DNA of 64,000 nucleotides from a virus (Duplodnaviria; Heunggongvirae; Uroviricota; Caudoviricetes): IMG/VR virus record IMGVR_UViG_3300028585_000514; one strand, 5' to 3'. Shown piece by piece: positions 44,627 to 53,262 of this stretch (position 1 is its first letter; each line of letters starts with the position of its first letter). The notes under the pieces were generated by a model. It saw only the letters and a program-made list of their open reading frames with translations, ran no database searches and was not told where the DNA came from. The position numbers and the translations under genes were made by a program.

Positions 44627-44701
44627 TGGTATCGCCGAGGAGAATTGAACTCCCGTCTGAAGCTTGAAAGGCTTCCGTCCTAACCATTAGACGACGGCGA
44701 T
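44627..44701 (-). tRNA. tRNA-Glu(TTC), CCA encoded
   Basis: Acceptor ATCGCCG/CGGCGAT, anticodon stem GAAGC/GCTTC with loop CTTTCAA. Confidence 0.7.
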
Positions 44702-44712
44702 ATTGTTTGTGT

Positions 44713-44800
44713 TGGCAGGTGAGGTAGGATTCGAACCCACGTGAACTTTCGTTATCGGTTTTGGAGACCGACGCAATCGACCGAACTATGCGACTCACCT
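44713..44800 (-). tRNA. tRNA with anticodon read as CCA (Trp-like) but a long variable arm; identity uncertain
   Basis: Acceptor AGGTGAG/CTCACCT, anticodon stem TCGGT/ACCGA with loop CTCCAAA. It shares 1 nt with the next tRNA. Confidence 0.5.
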
Positions 44801-44876
44801 GGTGGGGATGACAGGACTCGAACCTGCAACATCTACTCTCTCGAAGTAGCGCGTCTACCAATTGCGCCACATCCCC
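44800..44876 (-). tRNA. tRNA, anticodon loop TCGAGAG (anticodon GAG if 7-nt loop, C at position 33); type I
   Basis: Acceptor GGGGATG/CATCCCC, D-arm GCGC-AATTGGTA-GACGC, T-arm GCAGG-TTCGAGT-CCTGT. Confidence 0.5.
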
Positions 44877-44894
44877 ATATTGAAGAATTTCTTC

Positions 44895-44973
44895 TGGTAC
44901 CCTCGGTCGGATTCGAACCGACACATGACTACGTTCTAAGCGTAGCGCCTACTACCAATTGGGCTACGAGGGC
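44895..44973 (-). tRNA. tRNA with a TAG anticodon but type I (short variable arm); paralog of 42354..42432
   Basis: Acceptor GCCCTCG/CGAGGGT, anticodon stem CTACG/CGTAG with loop CTTAGAA, T-arm GTCGG-TTCGAAT-CCGAC. Confidence 0.6.
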
Positions 44974-44995
44974 ATATTATTTTTGTATTGCCAGA

Positions 44996-45028
44996 AAACA
45001 AAAAAGGCGAACCTTTCGGATCGCCTTG
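44996..45028. terminator. hairpin AAGGCGA-ACCTTTCGGA-TCGCCTT with an A-run upstream (T-run on the minus strand)
   Basis: It separates the tRNA array from the upstream minus-strand genes. Confidence 0.55.
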
Positions 45029-45292
45029 ATTGAATGAATTCGGTACTGACTAAACTTACATAGTCTCCGTTCCACCAACCAAGGCCTGCGCCCACTCGCA
45101 ATAGGAATAGCTTGATTCCTCGAGGCAAGACAACAGGTAAAGGGACGATGCGAACATTTGGATAACTCTCAATGTGAAGTTTGTTTTGTAATACGAAATT
45201 ATTTATAGCGATTTGAAGCAGTGAGGAGTGAATTATACATCATTTTCCGCATTTTCAGCGAAAATAATTGTATCAATCAGTAACGCAATATG

Positions 45293-45544
45293 TTAGGAGT
45301 TTCGCCAAGCATTCCACCATTTGGACTTAACAGAATCTTGATCGAAGCCTGAGACATTGACAATTATGCCATCGCAGTTGGAACAAATCCACCAGCGACC
45401 ATCGCAGGACTTAGACATGGTACCCACGAAGATACCATCTATAAGTACTCGAAAAAATTTAAGTTGCGCTGCGATCGTGAACGATTCAAGGAACTGAACA
45501 CGATCGGCAGGCGGTAATTCTTGTAACGCAAGCTCATCAGGCAT
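45293..45544 (-). CDS. hypothetical protein
   Basis: An 83-aa ORF. Confidence 0.45.
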   Translation of the reverse strand: MPDELALQELPPADRVQFLESFTIAAQLKFFRVLIDGIFVGTMSKSCDGRWWICSNCDGIIVNVSGFDQDSVKSKWWNAWRNS

Positions 45545-45594
45545 GACATTCCCAAAAATTATATTTTGGGAAATTATATCATGGTAATTTTTTA

Positions 45595-46404
45595 TTAACG
45601 CTTGAAACTATTCGACGTAGTCGACGTAGTCGAACGAGACACCGAGAAGTTCTTGACTGGAGCCGGTGCTGGCTTGGGTGCCGATGCCTTGGTCAGATTC
45701 ACGCTGCTCGAAGCTTGACGAACCGGGACGGTAGGCTGCTTGAAGGTCATTGGTGCCGGCTTTGGTTGTGCCATCTGCTTCGGCTGGTACGAGGGAGTGA
45801 CCACATTGCTTGGGCCATAGTTCGGGACCGTTGGCTTGGCTGGAATGGTCAAGCTTTGCGAGGCTTGCCGATAGGTCGGTACCGCATTCTGGACAGGCAT
45901 TGGAGCTGGCGCCATTTTCTGGAGCGAGACTGGTGCCGGGCGTTGTGCTTGCTGTACAGCCATGCTCCGGATTTGCTGCTGTTGTTGAGCAGCCAGCTGG
46001 GCACGTTCACGTTCCAGTTGAGCGCGATTTTCGGCACGATCGGCACGACGTTCCGCAGCCATTGCACGACGTTCGGCTTCACGACGCTCGTACGAGTCGT
46101 CATAGCCACGATTGCCCGTATTCGATAGGGCATTGCCAACCATCATGCCAGCAGCCATACCGAGTGCGGCATCGCCGGCGCCACCACCTTGATTTACGAT
46201 CACCGGAGCTGGTGCTTGCTGGATGACTTGCGGCTGTTGAGCGTATTGCTGTTGCTGCGTACCAGCTGGCACGTAGATGCACTTCGTCTCGTTGGTTGCT
46301 GGATCGATACCGCATTGCTGGACCATATTGGCCGGCGCTTCTTTCTTGGAGCAGCCAGCAAGTGCGACGGCCAGAAGTGCAGCGATCAAGAGCGATTTCT
46401 TCAC
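45595..46404 (-). CDS. Gln/Ala/Pro-rich lipoprotein
   Basis: Lipobox LALAGC. The product is low-complexity and rich in Q, A and P, and the ORF is GC-rich. Confidence 0.6.
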   Translation of the reverse strand: MKKSLLIAALLAVALAGCSKKEAPANMVQQCGIDPATNETKCIYVPAGTQQQQYAQQPQVIQQAPAPVIVNQGGGAGDAALGMAAGMMVGNALSNTGNRGYDDSYERREAERRAMAAERRADRAENRAQLERERAQLAAQQQQQIRSMAVQQAQRPAPVSLQKMAPAPMPVQNAVPTYRQASQSLTIPAKPTVPNYGPSNVVTPSYQPKQMAQPKPAPMTFKQPTVPVRQASSSVNLTKASAPKPAPAPVKNFSVSRSTTSTTSNSFKR

Positions 46405-46796
46405 GATGATTCCTTTTGTTTATGTTTTAAATAAGAAGTCAGTATGCCATTGATGTTAGCTGCACCGACCGGGTTACTTGAATGAATTGACCACGTAAAG
46501 TTCTTCGGAAACTCGTACGTACCATTCATATCAAATTCTACAAGCCATTTGGCAAAATCATAGCCGCTTGGCAATTCTTCACCTTCCGTTGGAGCTGCAA
46601 CCAGGAATGAACCTGGAATATTCTCCAAAGTGTCCCAACCCAAATCATGATCGAATGCAATATGCGTCGGATAACAGCCATGCTCTTCGATAATGATCTT
46701 TGCTTCTTGGACGGATCGCGCTAGTTCGTACACTCGTCCATCAGGAACGTACGAGGGCAACCGAATGTCGTCGATGAATAGATTCCACTCAGTCAT
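46401..46796 (-). CDS. hypothetical protein
   Basis: A 131-aa ORF. Confidence 0.55.
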   Translation of the reverse strand: MTEWNLFIDDIRLPSYVPDGRVYELARSVQEAKIIIEEHGCYPTHIAFDHDLGWDTLENIPGSFLVAAPTEGEELPSGYDFAKWLVEFDMNGTYEFPKNFTWSIHSSNPVGAANINGILTSYLKHKQKESS

Positions 46797-47062
46797 CGCA
46801 TTGGTGTGTCCAGGAACTCCTTGATGCGTTCGAACAAGGATTGAGGAAGATCACGGCATTCATTCTGAGTATGGAACACCATATCTTCATAGCCGAAGCC
46901 ACGGAGAGTCACAGCGAACACGCTATTGGTTCGCATGTCGATGACAGGATCGAGGTACTTGACTGTGCGCCGACCATGCGTAAAATTCTTGATCGGCGAA
47001 TTGTTAGCGTCGATATACTTCAGCAGCTCACCGAACTGCTGAAACGACATAGCTTGGCTCAT
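46793..47062 (-). CDS. hypothetical protein (start MSQAMSF)
   Basis: The internal Met is preceded by AAGAATAAT. Confidence 0.55.
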   Translation of the reverse strand: MSQAMSFQQFGELLKYIDANNSPIKNFTHGRRTVKYLDPVIDMRTNSVFAVTLRGFGYEDMVFHTQNECRDLPQSLFERIKEFLDTPMR

Positions 47063-47063
47063 A

Positions 47064-47849
47064 TTATTCTTTTGAGAAATTGTTTTCAAATGCCATCACG
47101 AGCTTCTGCATGTCGCACGCATAGAACCCGCAAGAATTGATTGTGTTGATTTCAACCACCTTCAAGCCTTCAGCAGTGTCGGCGATGTCGATGACGAATG
47201 CTTCAGCCGGTTGCCATTCAGCGATACGCTCTTCAGCAAACTTCTGGAAGATGCTGTCTTCGGCCAGCGATTGGTAGATCACCGCGTTGCCGAGCTTGTA
47301 AGTCGAGCTCGTGGCGACTTTACCCTTCACCACCCAGAACCGATGCTCCGAATAAATCTTCTTCGGCTTGCACAGCTGGATCAGAGTGTTCTTGGTAAGC
47401 GAGTCGCCGTAGTCTTCTTCAAGAACGCAGACCTTGCGCTTCCATTCGTAGAACTCTTCACGGTCGAAGACACGCCCAGCGAACGACTTGGAGTCGTGAA
47501 TCGGACGGATGAACATCATCTCGTCTTCGAAGTTCGCTTGATCGAAATGACACACCACCGAATCGTGATTCAGCATATGGCTTCCCCAACGCATCAGCTG
47601 CGCGGTGAAGTCATGGTTCCAGAGGTCGAAGACGCCTGGGTACCAGCCATTGGCTTTGGCAACGTGACGCATCGAGTACGAACCCATGCACATCACGTTG
47701 TTCGTGTCCAGCTCAGGAGCAGGATGAAGCTCACCGATGAATGGAACGACTTTGTGAATCGAGTGTGGAATGCCAAAGCGTTCCAGCGTCTCAAGCAGAA
47801 CTTGATAGGCCGACTCGTTGAACAGGTTATTTTGCAGAATCCAGTGCAT
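47064..47849 (-). CDS. hypothetical protein
   Basis: A 261-aa ORF. Confidence 0.6.
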   Translation of the reverse strand: MHWILQNNLFNESAYQVLLETLERFGIPHSIHKVVPFIGELHPAPELDTNNVMCMGSYSMRHVAKANGWYPGVFDLWNHDFTAQLMRWGSHMLNHDSVVCHFDQANFEDEMMFIRPIHDSKSFAGRVFDREEFYEWKRKVCVLEEDYGDSLTKNTLIQLCKPKKIYSEHRFWVVKGKVATSSTYKLGNAVIYQSLAEDSIFQKFAEERIAEWQPAEAFVIDIADTAEGLKVVEINTINSCGFYACDMQKLVMAFENNFSKE

Positions 47850-47954
47850 CGTATGCTTTCGGTTTAATGAATGGTGCGAACATCAGGAATAGCATTACCG
47901 GCCAGAGGCTCAGCAATACAAGAAGCAAAGAACTTGCTTGTTGGTGGTCGTGGC

Positions 47955-48223
47955 TCATATTGGTTCTTTGTCCGGGTCGAGGTAAACGGTTTGAACGCCT
48001 TCGATAAACGGCGACGCTTCAATTCCAGTCATACCTTTCGTAATCTTCAAACGGTTGATCTTCTTCATGCCTTCTTCCGGCGTTTCGAACTTCATGGCAC
48101 CGATCATCATGTTTGTGGACCAATAGTACATCGACCCATCATGACATTTACGATTCCACGAATCCTTTGCCAAATATACCCAGCAAGAACATGCCGGATG
48201 AATTGCACGAATAACGAACATGA
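47955..48223 (-). CDS. hypothetical protein (start MFVIRAI)
   Basis: Ribosome-binding site AGGAAAATC-ATG. Confidence 0.5.
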
Positions 48224-48235
48224 TTTTCCTAAAAA

Positions 48236-48540
48236 ACAAATCAGATGGGAGTAGTGTGCTATTACGCCAAATACTCCAAGGGTCCTATCTTGTCATCGGC
48301 TGGTATTCTATCCCTTACCTTCCCAGCCTTAAGTCGATGGCTCCGCCCATCAACATAGAACGTGATCTGCGATACATTTTGGGTCTAGTTCGCAGGCGTT
48401 CATTAACAAGTAGATTGTGCTTGTTCCTTCCCCTGTAGAATCCACCGTAAACCGGGACATCTATGGATTGTTCTACTCGCAACTCTTTAAATGATGGCTG
48501 CTTTTAGGCCAACATCCTAATCCCATCTGATTTGTTTTCT
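48236..48540. repeat. ~300-bp noncoding element bounded by a perfect 17-bp inverted repeat (AAACAAATCAGATGGGA / TCCCATCTGATTTGTTT)
   Basis: The repeat is read directly. No ORF of 60 aa or more lies inside. On the minus strand the distal arm is followed by a T6 run. Confidence 0.5.
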
Positions 48541-48611
48541 ATTATATTTGTAGAGGTGTGCAGCTTTGATAGAGAATTATACCAAAGCTGCGTTGTGTAT
48601 CCTGCTGGAAA

Positions 48612-48899
48612 TTAACTTACGATATTGCTGCCGTAATCGGACATTCTGATCAACAGCATATCGGCATCGCCGCGGCTCTTGAGATTCATGCTATCCGATT
48701 CGCCATGGCATTTCGCTTCAAGACCGGCCGATGCGAGGAAGCCAGCAGCAACTGGTTCGACTTTGGCGCCTTCCCAGTGTTGAAGCAAGCCCGGAGTGAC
48801 GGCTTCGGCGATGATCTTGTGCACGCACATGTCTGGGAATACAAACGGGATTTCCATTTCTAGGTCGTCCAGCTTCACGCTCATTACGATGTATTTCAA
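48612..48899 (-). CDS. hypothetical protein
   Basis: A 95-aa ORF. Confidence 0.5.
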   Translation of the reverse strand: MKYIVMSVKLDDLEMEIPFVFPDMCVHKIIAEAVTPGLLQHWEGAKVEPVAAGFLASAGLEAKCHGESDSMNLKSRGDADMLLIRMSDYGSNIVS

Positions 48900-48908
48900 G
48901 CTTACTCC

Positions 48909-49214
48909 TTAGTCATTCATGATGAAGAGTTTGGTGCCTTTGCACTCTGGGACGCGGCGGATCGAATCTGCCGTAGGGATGAGGTGCCAGCCGTGGATTT
49001 CGCCATCCGATTCGTCTTTGCGATTGACGACGTACATGACTTCCTTGCCGGTATTGTGGGAGACGACCTTGATGCCTTCGTCGCAAGCATCTTGATATGC
49101 TTGTTGCCAAACATTAATACGACCACCTTGATCCAGCATCGAAATCTCTGCGCTGAAGGTCCTGGTTGCTTTGTCGTAATTGAGTTCTTTGGTCGAGACG
49201 GAAACTGCAATCAT
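48909..49214 (-). CDS. hypothetical protein (start MIAVSV)
   Basis: A GGAG ribosome-binding site. A promoter TGTACA-N17-TACAAT lies at 49250-49278. Confidence 0.5.
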   Translation of the reverse strand: MIAVSVSTKELNYDKATRTFSAEISMLDQGGRINVWQQAYQDACDEGIKVVSHNTGKEVMYVVNRKDESDGEIHGWHLIPTADSIRRVPECKGTKLFIMND

Positions 49215-49249
49215 GGTAAACTCCGTGTACATTGCTTGTCGATAGAAGC

Positions 49250-49278
49250 ATTGTAATCCTATCTTTAAGAAATGTACA
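49250..49278 (-). promoter_or_regulatory. promoter TGTACA-N17-TACAAT (P8) with the downstream box GCTTCTATCGACAA
   Basis: Upstream of 48909..49214. Confidence 0.5.
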
Positions 49279-49295
49279 CAGAATTTTTCAAGTTT

Positions 49296-50924
49296 TTAGG
49301 TGCACCAGCAGCCGTAGCCGTCCTTGGTCTGTCCGCTATAGTCGCAAGTGCTATAGCCACCTAGGTAGTATTCGCAATCGTCGCGGCAGCCATTGCTTCG
49401 GCAAGTTTGGTTCCATCCATCGGACAAAGTCATTTCGATGATTGGGTCACCTTCTGGCACCTTTGCCACGTCAAAGTCTGCAGCGATAATGCCTAGAGTA
49501 AGCACGACTTCTGATTCGTTGTCATCGAGGTCGGTAATGGCAAGAGTCACCACATGACGTTCGTGTGTGACGCCTTCAGCTAGCACAGCGTTACCGATCA
49601 AAAGGCCGTTTTGAGTAAGAGTGAAGCCTTGCGGTAGCGCATCATACGAAACTGTTTTGGTCTTTTGCGCGTTGAAAATGGTTGGCGCATAAGGAACACC
49701 AACAGTGAACACATACTCCGCTTCCGAGAAATCGTTGAAGTGCTCCATCGACTTTTCATTGATGACAGTGGTAAAACGATTCACCGAGTTCGAATACTTT
49801 GGATCAGTAAGATCGAGAAGGTCTTTATGACCTAAGCTCACGCCACTGATGTATTCCAAACCGCGATTGCGAGCAGTGATGATAAATTCACCATCAAGGA
49901 ATGAATCGCTGAAGTTGTATGCCAATGCGCAAGAGTGAATTGCGGTCGCGATACTCGTACCAGCAGCATAGCCATATTGGCCATCAAGAGCGGCTACGAA
50001 AATCTGTTCGCCTGGCGCCCAGCCATCTAGCTCGCCAGTATTCGTTTCACCTTCAGTGTAGCTGATCACTGAGGTGTTCGAATAGTTTGAGAAGTTAGAT
50101 GGATGCAAGTCTTCATTGAATGAGCCAATGGTCAGGACTTCAGGCATTGAGGCTGGGGTCACGTTTTCGATCGGCACGCCATTGTTACCAGCAGCGACAA
50201 TGACGTACATGCCAGCTGCAATCAAAGTACGAATCTTGGATTCGATGTACTCGTTCTTCTCAATCGACCAGCTTAGGTTCACAATACCTAGACCGTTTGA
50301 ATTTGTGAGGTAGTCGTTCAGGATTGAGTCAAATGCATTGAGCAAATCACTTTGGCGAGTGGCAACCTGGGTGTCGAACACCTTCACCACTTGAAGTTGA
50401 GCATCACTCAAGCCGCACGTTTTACCAGCGATCACCGAAGCGATGGCAGTACCATGGCCGCGAGTATCCTGGAATTCTCCAGTGAAAGAGAATAGCGGAG
50501 TGATGTTTGCGTCTACGAATTCAGGATGTGATGCATCGATACCGCTGTCCATCACGTACACTCGTGACAAAGAACCCTTACGCGAGATAGTAACCGTTTC
50601 TGCATCGAACTCCGGTTTCTTCAGCACATAGTTCTTCCACCAATCTTTGGTATCGGCTGTCGAGATTACAATGGATGGTAGGTTTGGGTTTGGCAAACCA
50701 TAAAAGTTATTTGCTACCACTTCGCCGAGAAGCTGAATGGTCGTGGCGGTGTCATCGATGATCGACTCGACGATTTCTGATGGCACTAAGGTATTGCTTG
50801 CCTCAACGAGATAGACTTTATTGAAGTTGTCGTACTCTTTGATTACGGTTGCGCCTTGAGAAGCTAGGTATTGAGCAATCTCAACAGCATCAGCGCTCTC
50901 AACGAAATCGATAATATAGTTCAT
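49296..50924 (-). CDS. S8 subtilisin-like peptidase, paralog 3, with a Cys-rich C-tail (module 3)
   Basis: VYVMDSGI / RGHGTAIASV / GTSIATAIHS. The tail is …CRSNGCRDDCEYYLGGYSTCDYSGQTKDGYGCWCT, and the N-terminus is MNYIIDFVESADAVEIAQY…. Confidence 0.8.
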   Translation of the reverse strand: MNYIIDFVESADAVEIAQYLASQGATVIKEYDNFNKVYLVEASNTLVPSEIVESIIDDTATTIQLLGEVVANNFYGLPNPNLPSIVISTADTKDWWKNYVLKKPEFDAETVTISRKGSLSRVYVMDSGIDASHPEFVDANITPLFSFTGEFQDTRGHGTAIASVIAGKTCGLSDAQLQVVKVFDTQVATRQSDLLNAFDSILNDYLTNSNGLGIVNLSWSIEKNEYIESKIRTLIAAGMYVIVAAGNNGVPIENVTPASMPEVLTIGSFNEDLHPSNFSNYSNTSVISYTEGETNTGELDGWAPGEQIFVAALDGQYGYAAGTSIATAIHSCALAYNFSDSFLDGEFIITARNRGLEYISGVSLGHKDLLDLTDPKYSNSVNRFTTVINEKSMEHFNDFSEAEYVFTVGVPYAPTIFNAQKTKTVSYDALPQGFTLTQNGLLIGNAVLAEGVTHERHVVTLAITDLDDNESEVVLTLGIIAADFDVAKVPEGDPIIEMTLSDGWNQTCRSNGCRDDCEYYLGGYSTCDYSGQTKDGYGCWCT

Positions 50925-51838
50925 TAGAACTCCTTGTTGTTGTTATTCTTCGTCCAGTTCGTAACGAAGGTGTACTTCGGGTTACTTAATTTTTCTTCGT
51001 ATGGATACCTCAACAAGAGGTCAAATACCCTTTTACTCGCCTTACTTGCGTAGCGGAGACGATTTTTCAGAGTGACACGATGTTTATGGTTGGTATCGTA
51101 ATACTTCTTGATTTCTTCAAAGCCTGTATATTTTTCCGGTTGCATAATTACTGGAAATCCGGAATCAACATATGCTTTCCATTTTCGTTCATATGACTTT
51201 TCTCGTTCAAAGGATTCTGGCAAGAATGGCAAGAACGAAAATGTTAGAGCTGAACTCTCCATAAAGAAGAATGGTACGATCGATTTGCCCGCTTTCTCTC
51301 CGTATCGCTTGATTCCCATTGTCGTGTAACTGATAAACCCTCTTCTCTTTTCGCAGAAGTTTCCGCTAAAGATGATTGTCCCTTCGATGTCACTGCACAT
51401 TTTCATGTGCGAGCAGATTTGTGGACTAGAGCAATCGTATTCAGTTGCCCATTGATCGTATTCAGTTTCTAGGAAAGTGAGAACGTCGAACTCGGTGTAG
51501 GTGATGTTTACACCGATCGCATCAGCGAATTGGCTGAGGTTGGCTAAATCGTGGTCGTTAAAACCGCCGGTGTATTTAACCGATCTGGTTTGGTAAGGAT
51601 ACCCCGATTGATGCCAAGCATATAGCATTGCTTGAGAATCAATGCCACCGCTTAACATCAACGTGTATGGAGGAGGATATTTTTTGACTATATCCTTGAT
51701 TGTTTGCTTCGCGGCTTCTAAAGGCGGGAGCATTTCATTTAGATTACAGCGTAGGTCGACTATGTACTGGTTCTGATTAGTACCGTCAATCTTGACCCAA
51801 TCTAAAGATTTTGTGGCGCTATTGTAATCGTTTTCCAT
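50924..51838 (-). CDS. PP-loop ATP pyrophosphatase, paralog 3 (module 3)
   Basis: MLSGGIDSQAMLYAW. The stop/start abuts the downstream peptidase. Confidence 0.75.
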   Translation of the reverse strand: MENDYNSATKSLDWVKIDGTNQNQYIVDLRCNLNEMLPPLEAAKQTIKDIVKKYPPPYTLMLSGGIDSQAMLYAWHQSGYPYQTRSVKYTGGFNDHDLANLSQFADAIGVNITYTEFDVLTFLETEYDQWATEYDCSSPQICSHMKMCSDIEGTIIFSGNFCEKRRGFISYTTMGIKRYGEKAGKSIVPFFFMESSALTFSFLPFLPESFEREKSYERKWKAYVDSGFPVIMQPEKYTGFEEIKKYYDTNHKHRVTLKNRLRYASKASKRVFDLLLRYPYEEKLSNPKYTFVTNWTKNNNNKEF

Positions 51839-51890
51839 TTTTACAGCTTAACAAATAACAGCAATGCACTGTTATTTTTCTTCAAGCTAT

Positions 51891-52301
51891 TTATCGTTTG
51901 CGGCGTGCTACGACCAGACCAGCTAGGCCGATTCCGATCATTGCAATCGAAGATGGTTCTGGAACATCGGTCGGTTTCGCCTCTTCAATTGGCATTGGAA
52001 GCGGGACAATGACGATGTCACCCGGTGGAGGAAATGGGAATGGGATTGGGGATACTTCGGGTGGTTTTTTAACCTCACAACTCGTCTTAGGAGGTGTTGG
52101 CTTGACTGCCACTGGTTTCGGCTTTACCTTTTTGACGACTTTCTTTTTGATCGTCTTATTGGTTTTCTTCTTTACCTTCTTTACTACGGGTTTATTTTCT
52201 GTGGCTACTGGCTTAGGTGTCGGTGGTGAACAATCATCTGCTAATGCCACATTCATGACCATTGCCAAAGCAATAGCCATGCACGTGTTTTTGAATTTCA
52301 T
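51891..52301 (-). CDS. secreted Lys/Pro-rich protein with a PEP-CTERM-like sorting signal
   Basis: A signal peptide, then a K/P/V-rich body, then the C-terminus VPEPSSIAMIGIGLAGLVVARRKR: a PEP motif followed by a transmembrane helix and a basic tail. Confidence 0.6.
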   Translation of the reverse strand: MKFKNTCMAIALAMVMNVALADDCSPPTPKPVATENKPVVKKVKKKTNKTIKKKVVKKVKPKPVAVKPTPPKTSCEVKKPPEVSPIPFPFPPPGDIVIVPLPMPIEEAKPTDVPEPSSIAMIGIGLAGLVVARRKR

Positions 52302-52303
52302 AT

Positions 52304-52549
52304 TTAGCCATTGCGGCGAGCGATGTATCCAGTTGGTTCATCGTCGCCAGTTTGTAATTTTGCAATCTCTTCGAGAGCAAGCTCCCTGTCCTGGAAACAA
52401 AATCGCTTGTCGAAGCCGGTGTAGGTAAGGTCGATGAAGATAGCGCGAGTGAACATGAGTTCATATGTGCCAACAACGGTCCCATCTTCGAGTTGACGAA
52501 GGTTTTCGTAACCTTGTCCAGCCAGCCAAGCGATTAGTTCGTTAGTCAT
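52304..52549 (-). CDS. hypothetical protein
   Basis: An 81-aa ORF. Confidence 0.5.
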   Translation of the reverse strand: MTNELIAWLAGQGYENLRQLEDGTVVGTYELMFTRAIFIDLTYTGFDKRFCFQDRELALEEIAKLQTGDDEPTGYIARRNG

Positions 52550-53094
52550 TTCTTGTTTTCGTGATTAGCGTAAATCAGTTTGTCGATGTAGGTCAGAGCG
52601 ATCGCCGATGCAACAAACACCATGTGAATCACGATCTGAAAGATTATAACATTGATTCCGTTAGGACCTTTGAGAATTAGATCGGTATTGATGAAAGTTT
52701 TCAACAGATGAATCGACGAGATGGTGATGATCGAAATCGCCAGCTTGATCTTCAGCAGGTTTGCATCGATGTGACCGAGCCAGTCAGGACGATCGGGGTG
52801 ATCTTTCGCAACACCGATTTTCGAGACGAAGGTTTCGTAGCCGCCAACTATCACCATGTACATCAGGTTGGCGATCATCACGACGTCGATCATGCCGAGA
52901 ATCGCCAGCATGACTTCCGTTTCGGTGATTGCTGCAGCGTGAGACAGAAGATGTTTCAGTTCGAGCCCGAAGCGAAACGCGTAGATGCACTGGCAGACGA
53001 TGAGGCCGAGATACATCGGCGCTTGAATCCATCGACTCCAGAAAATGAAGCCTTCCATTTTAGTGACTGGGAAGGATTTGCCGTGATTGCTCAT
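52546..53094 (-). CDS. yqhA: UPF0114/YqhA-family inner-membrane protein
   Basis: GYETFVS…WLGHIDANLLKIKLAISIITISSIHLLKTF closely matches E. coli YqhA (GYENFVS…[27 protein letters not shown]). Confidence 0.8.
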   Translation of the reverse strand: MSNHGKSFPVTKMEGFIFWSRWIQAPMYLGLIVCQCIYAFRFGLELKHLLSHAAAITETEVMLAILGMIDVVMIANLMYMVIVGGYETFVSKIGVAKDHPDRPDWLGHIDANLLKIKLAISIITISSIHLLKTFINTDLILKGPNGINVIIFQIVIHMVFVASAIALTYIDKLIYANHENKK

Positions 53095-53120
53095 AAAATT
53101 TATTTGAAAAGTTGGAGGGG

Positions 53121-53197
53121 TGGTCCGCCGTACAGGATTCGAACCTGTGACCCTCGCATTAGAAGTGCGATGCTCTATCCATCTGAGCTAACGGCAG
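53121..53197 (-). tRNA. tRNA-Arg(TCT), CCA encoded
   Basis: Acceptor CTGCCGT/ACGGCGG (one G-U pair), D-arm GCTC-AGATGGATA-GAGC, anticodon stem TCGCA/TGCGA with loop CTTCTAA, T-arm ACAGG-TTCGAAT-CCTGT. Confidence 0.75.
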
Positions 53198-53262
53198 ATA
53201 TTGTGGTGTGTCAATAGGGAAATTATATCAATCAACTGCGTTCCTATGCAGATTTTGCAGCC

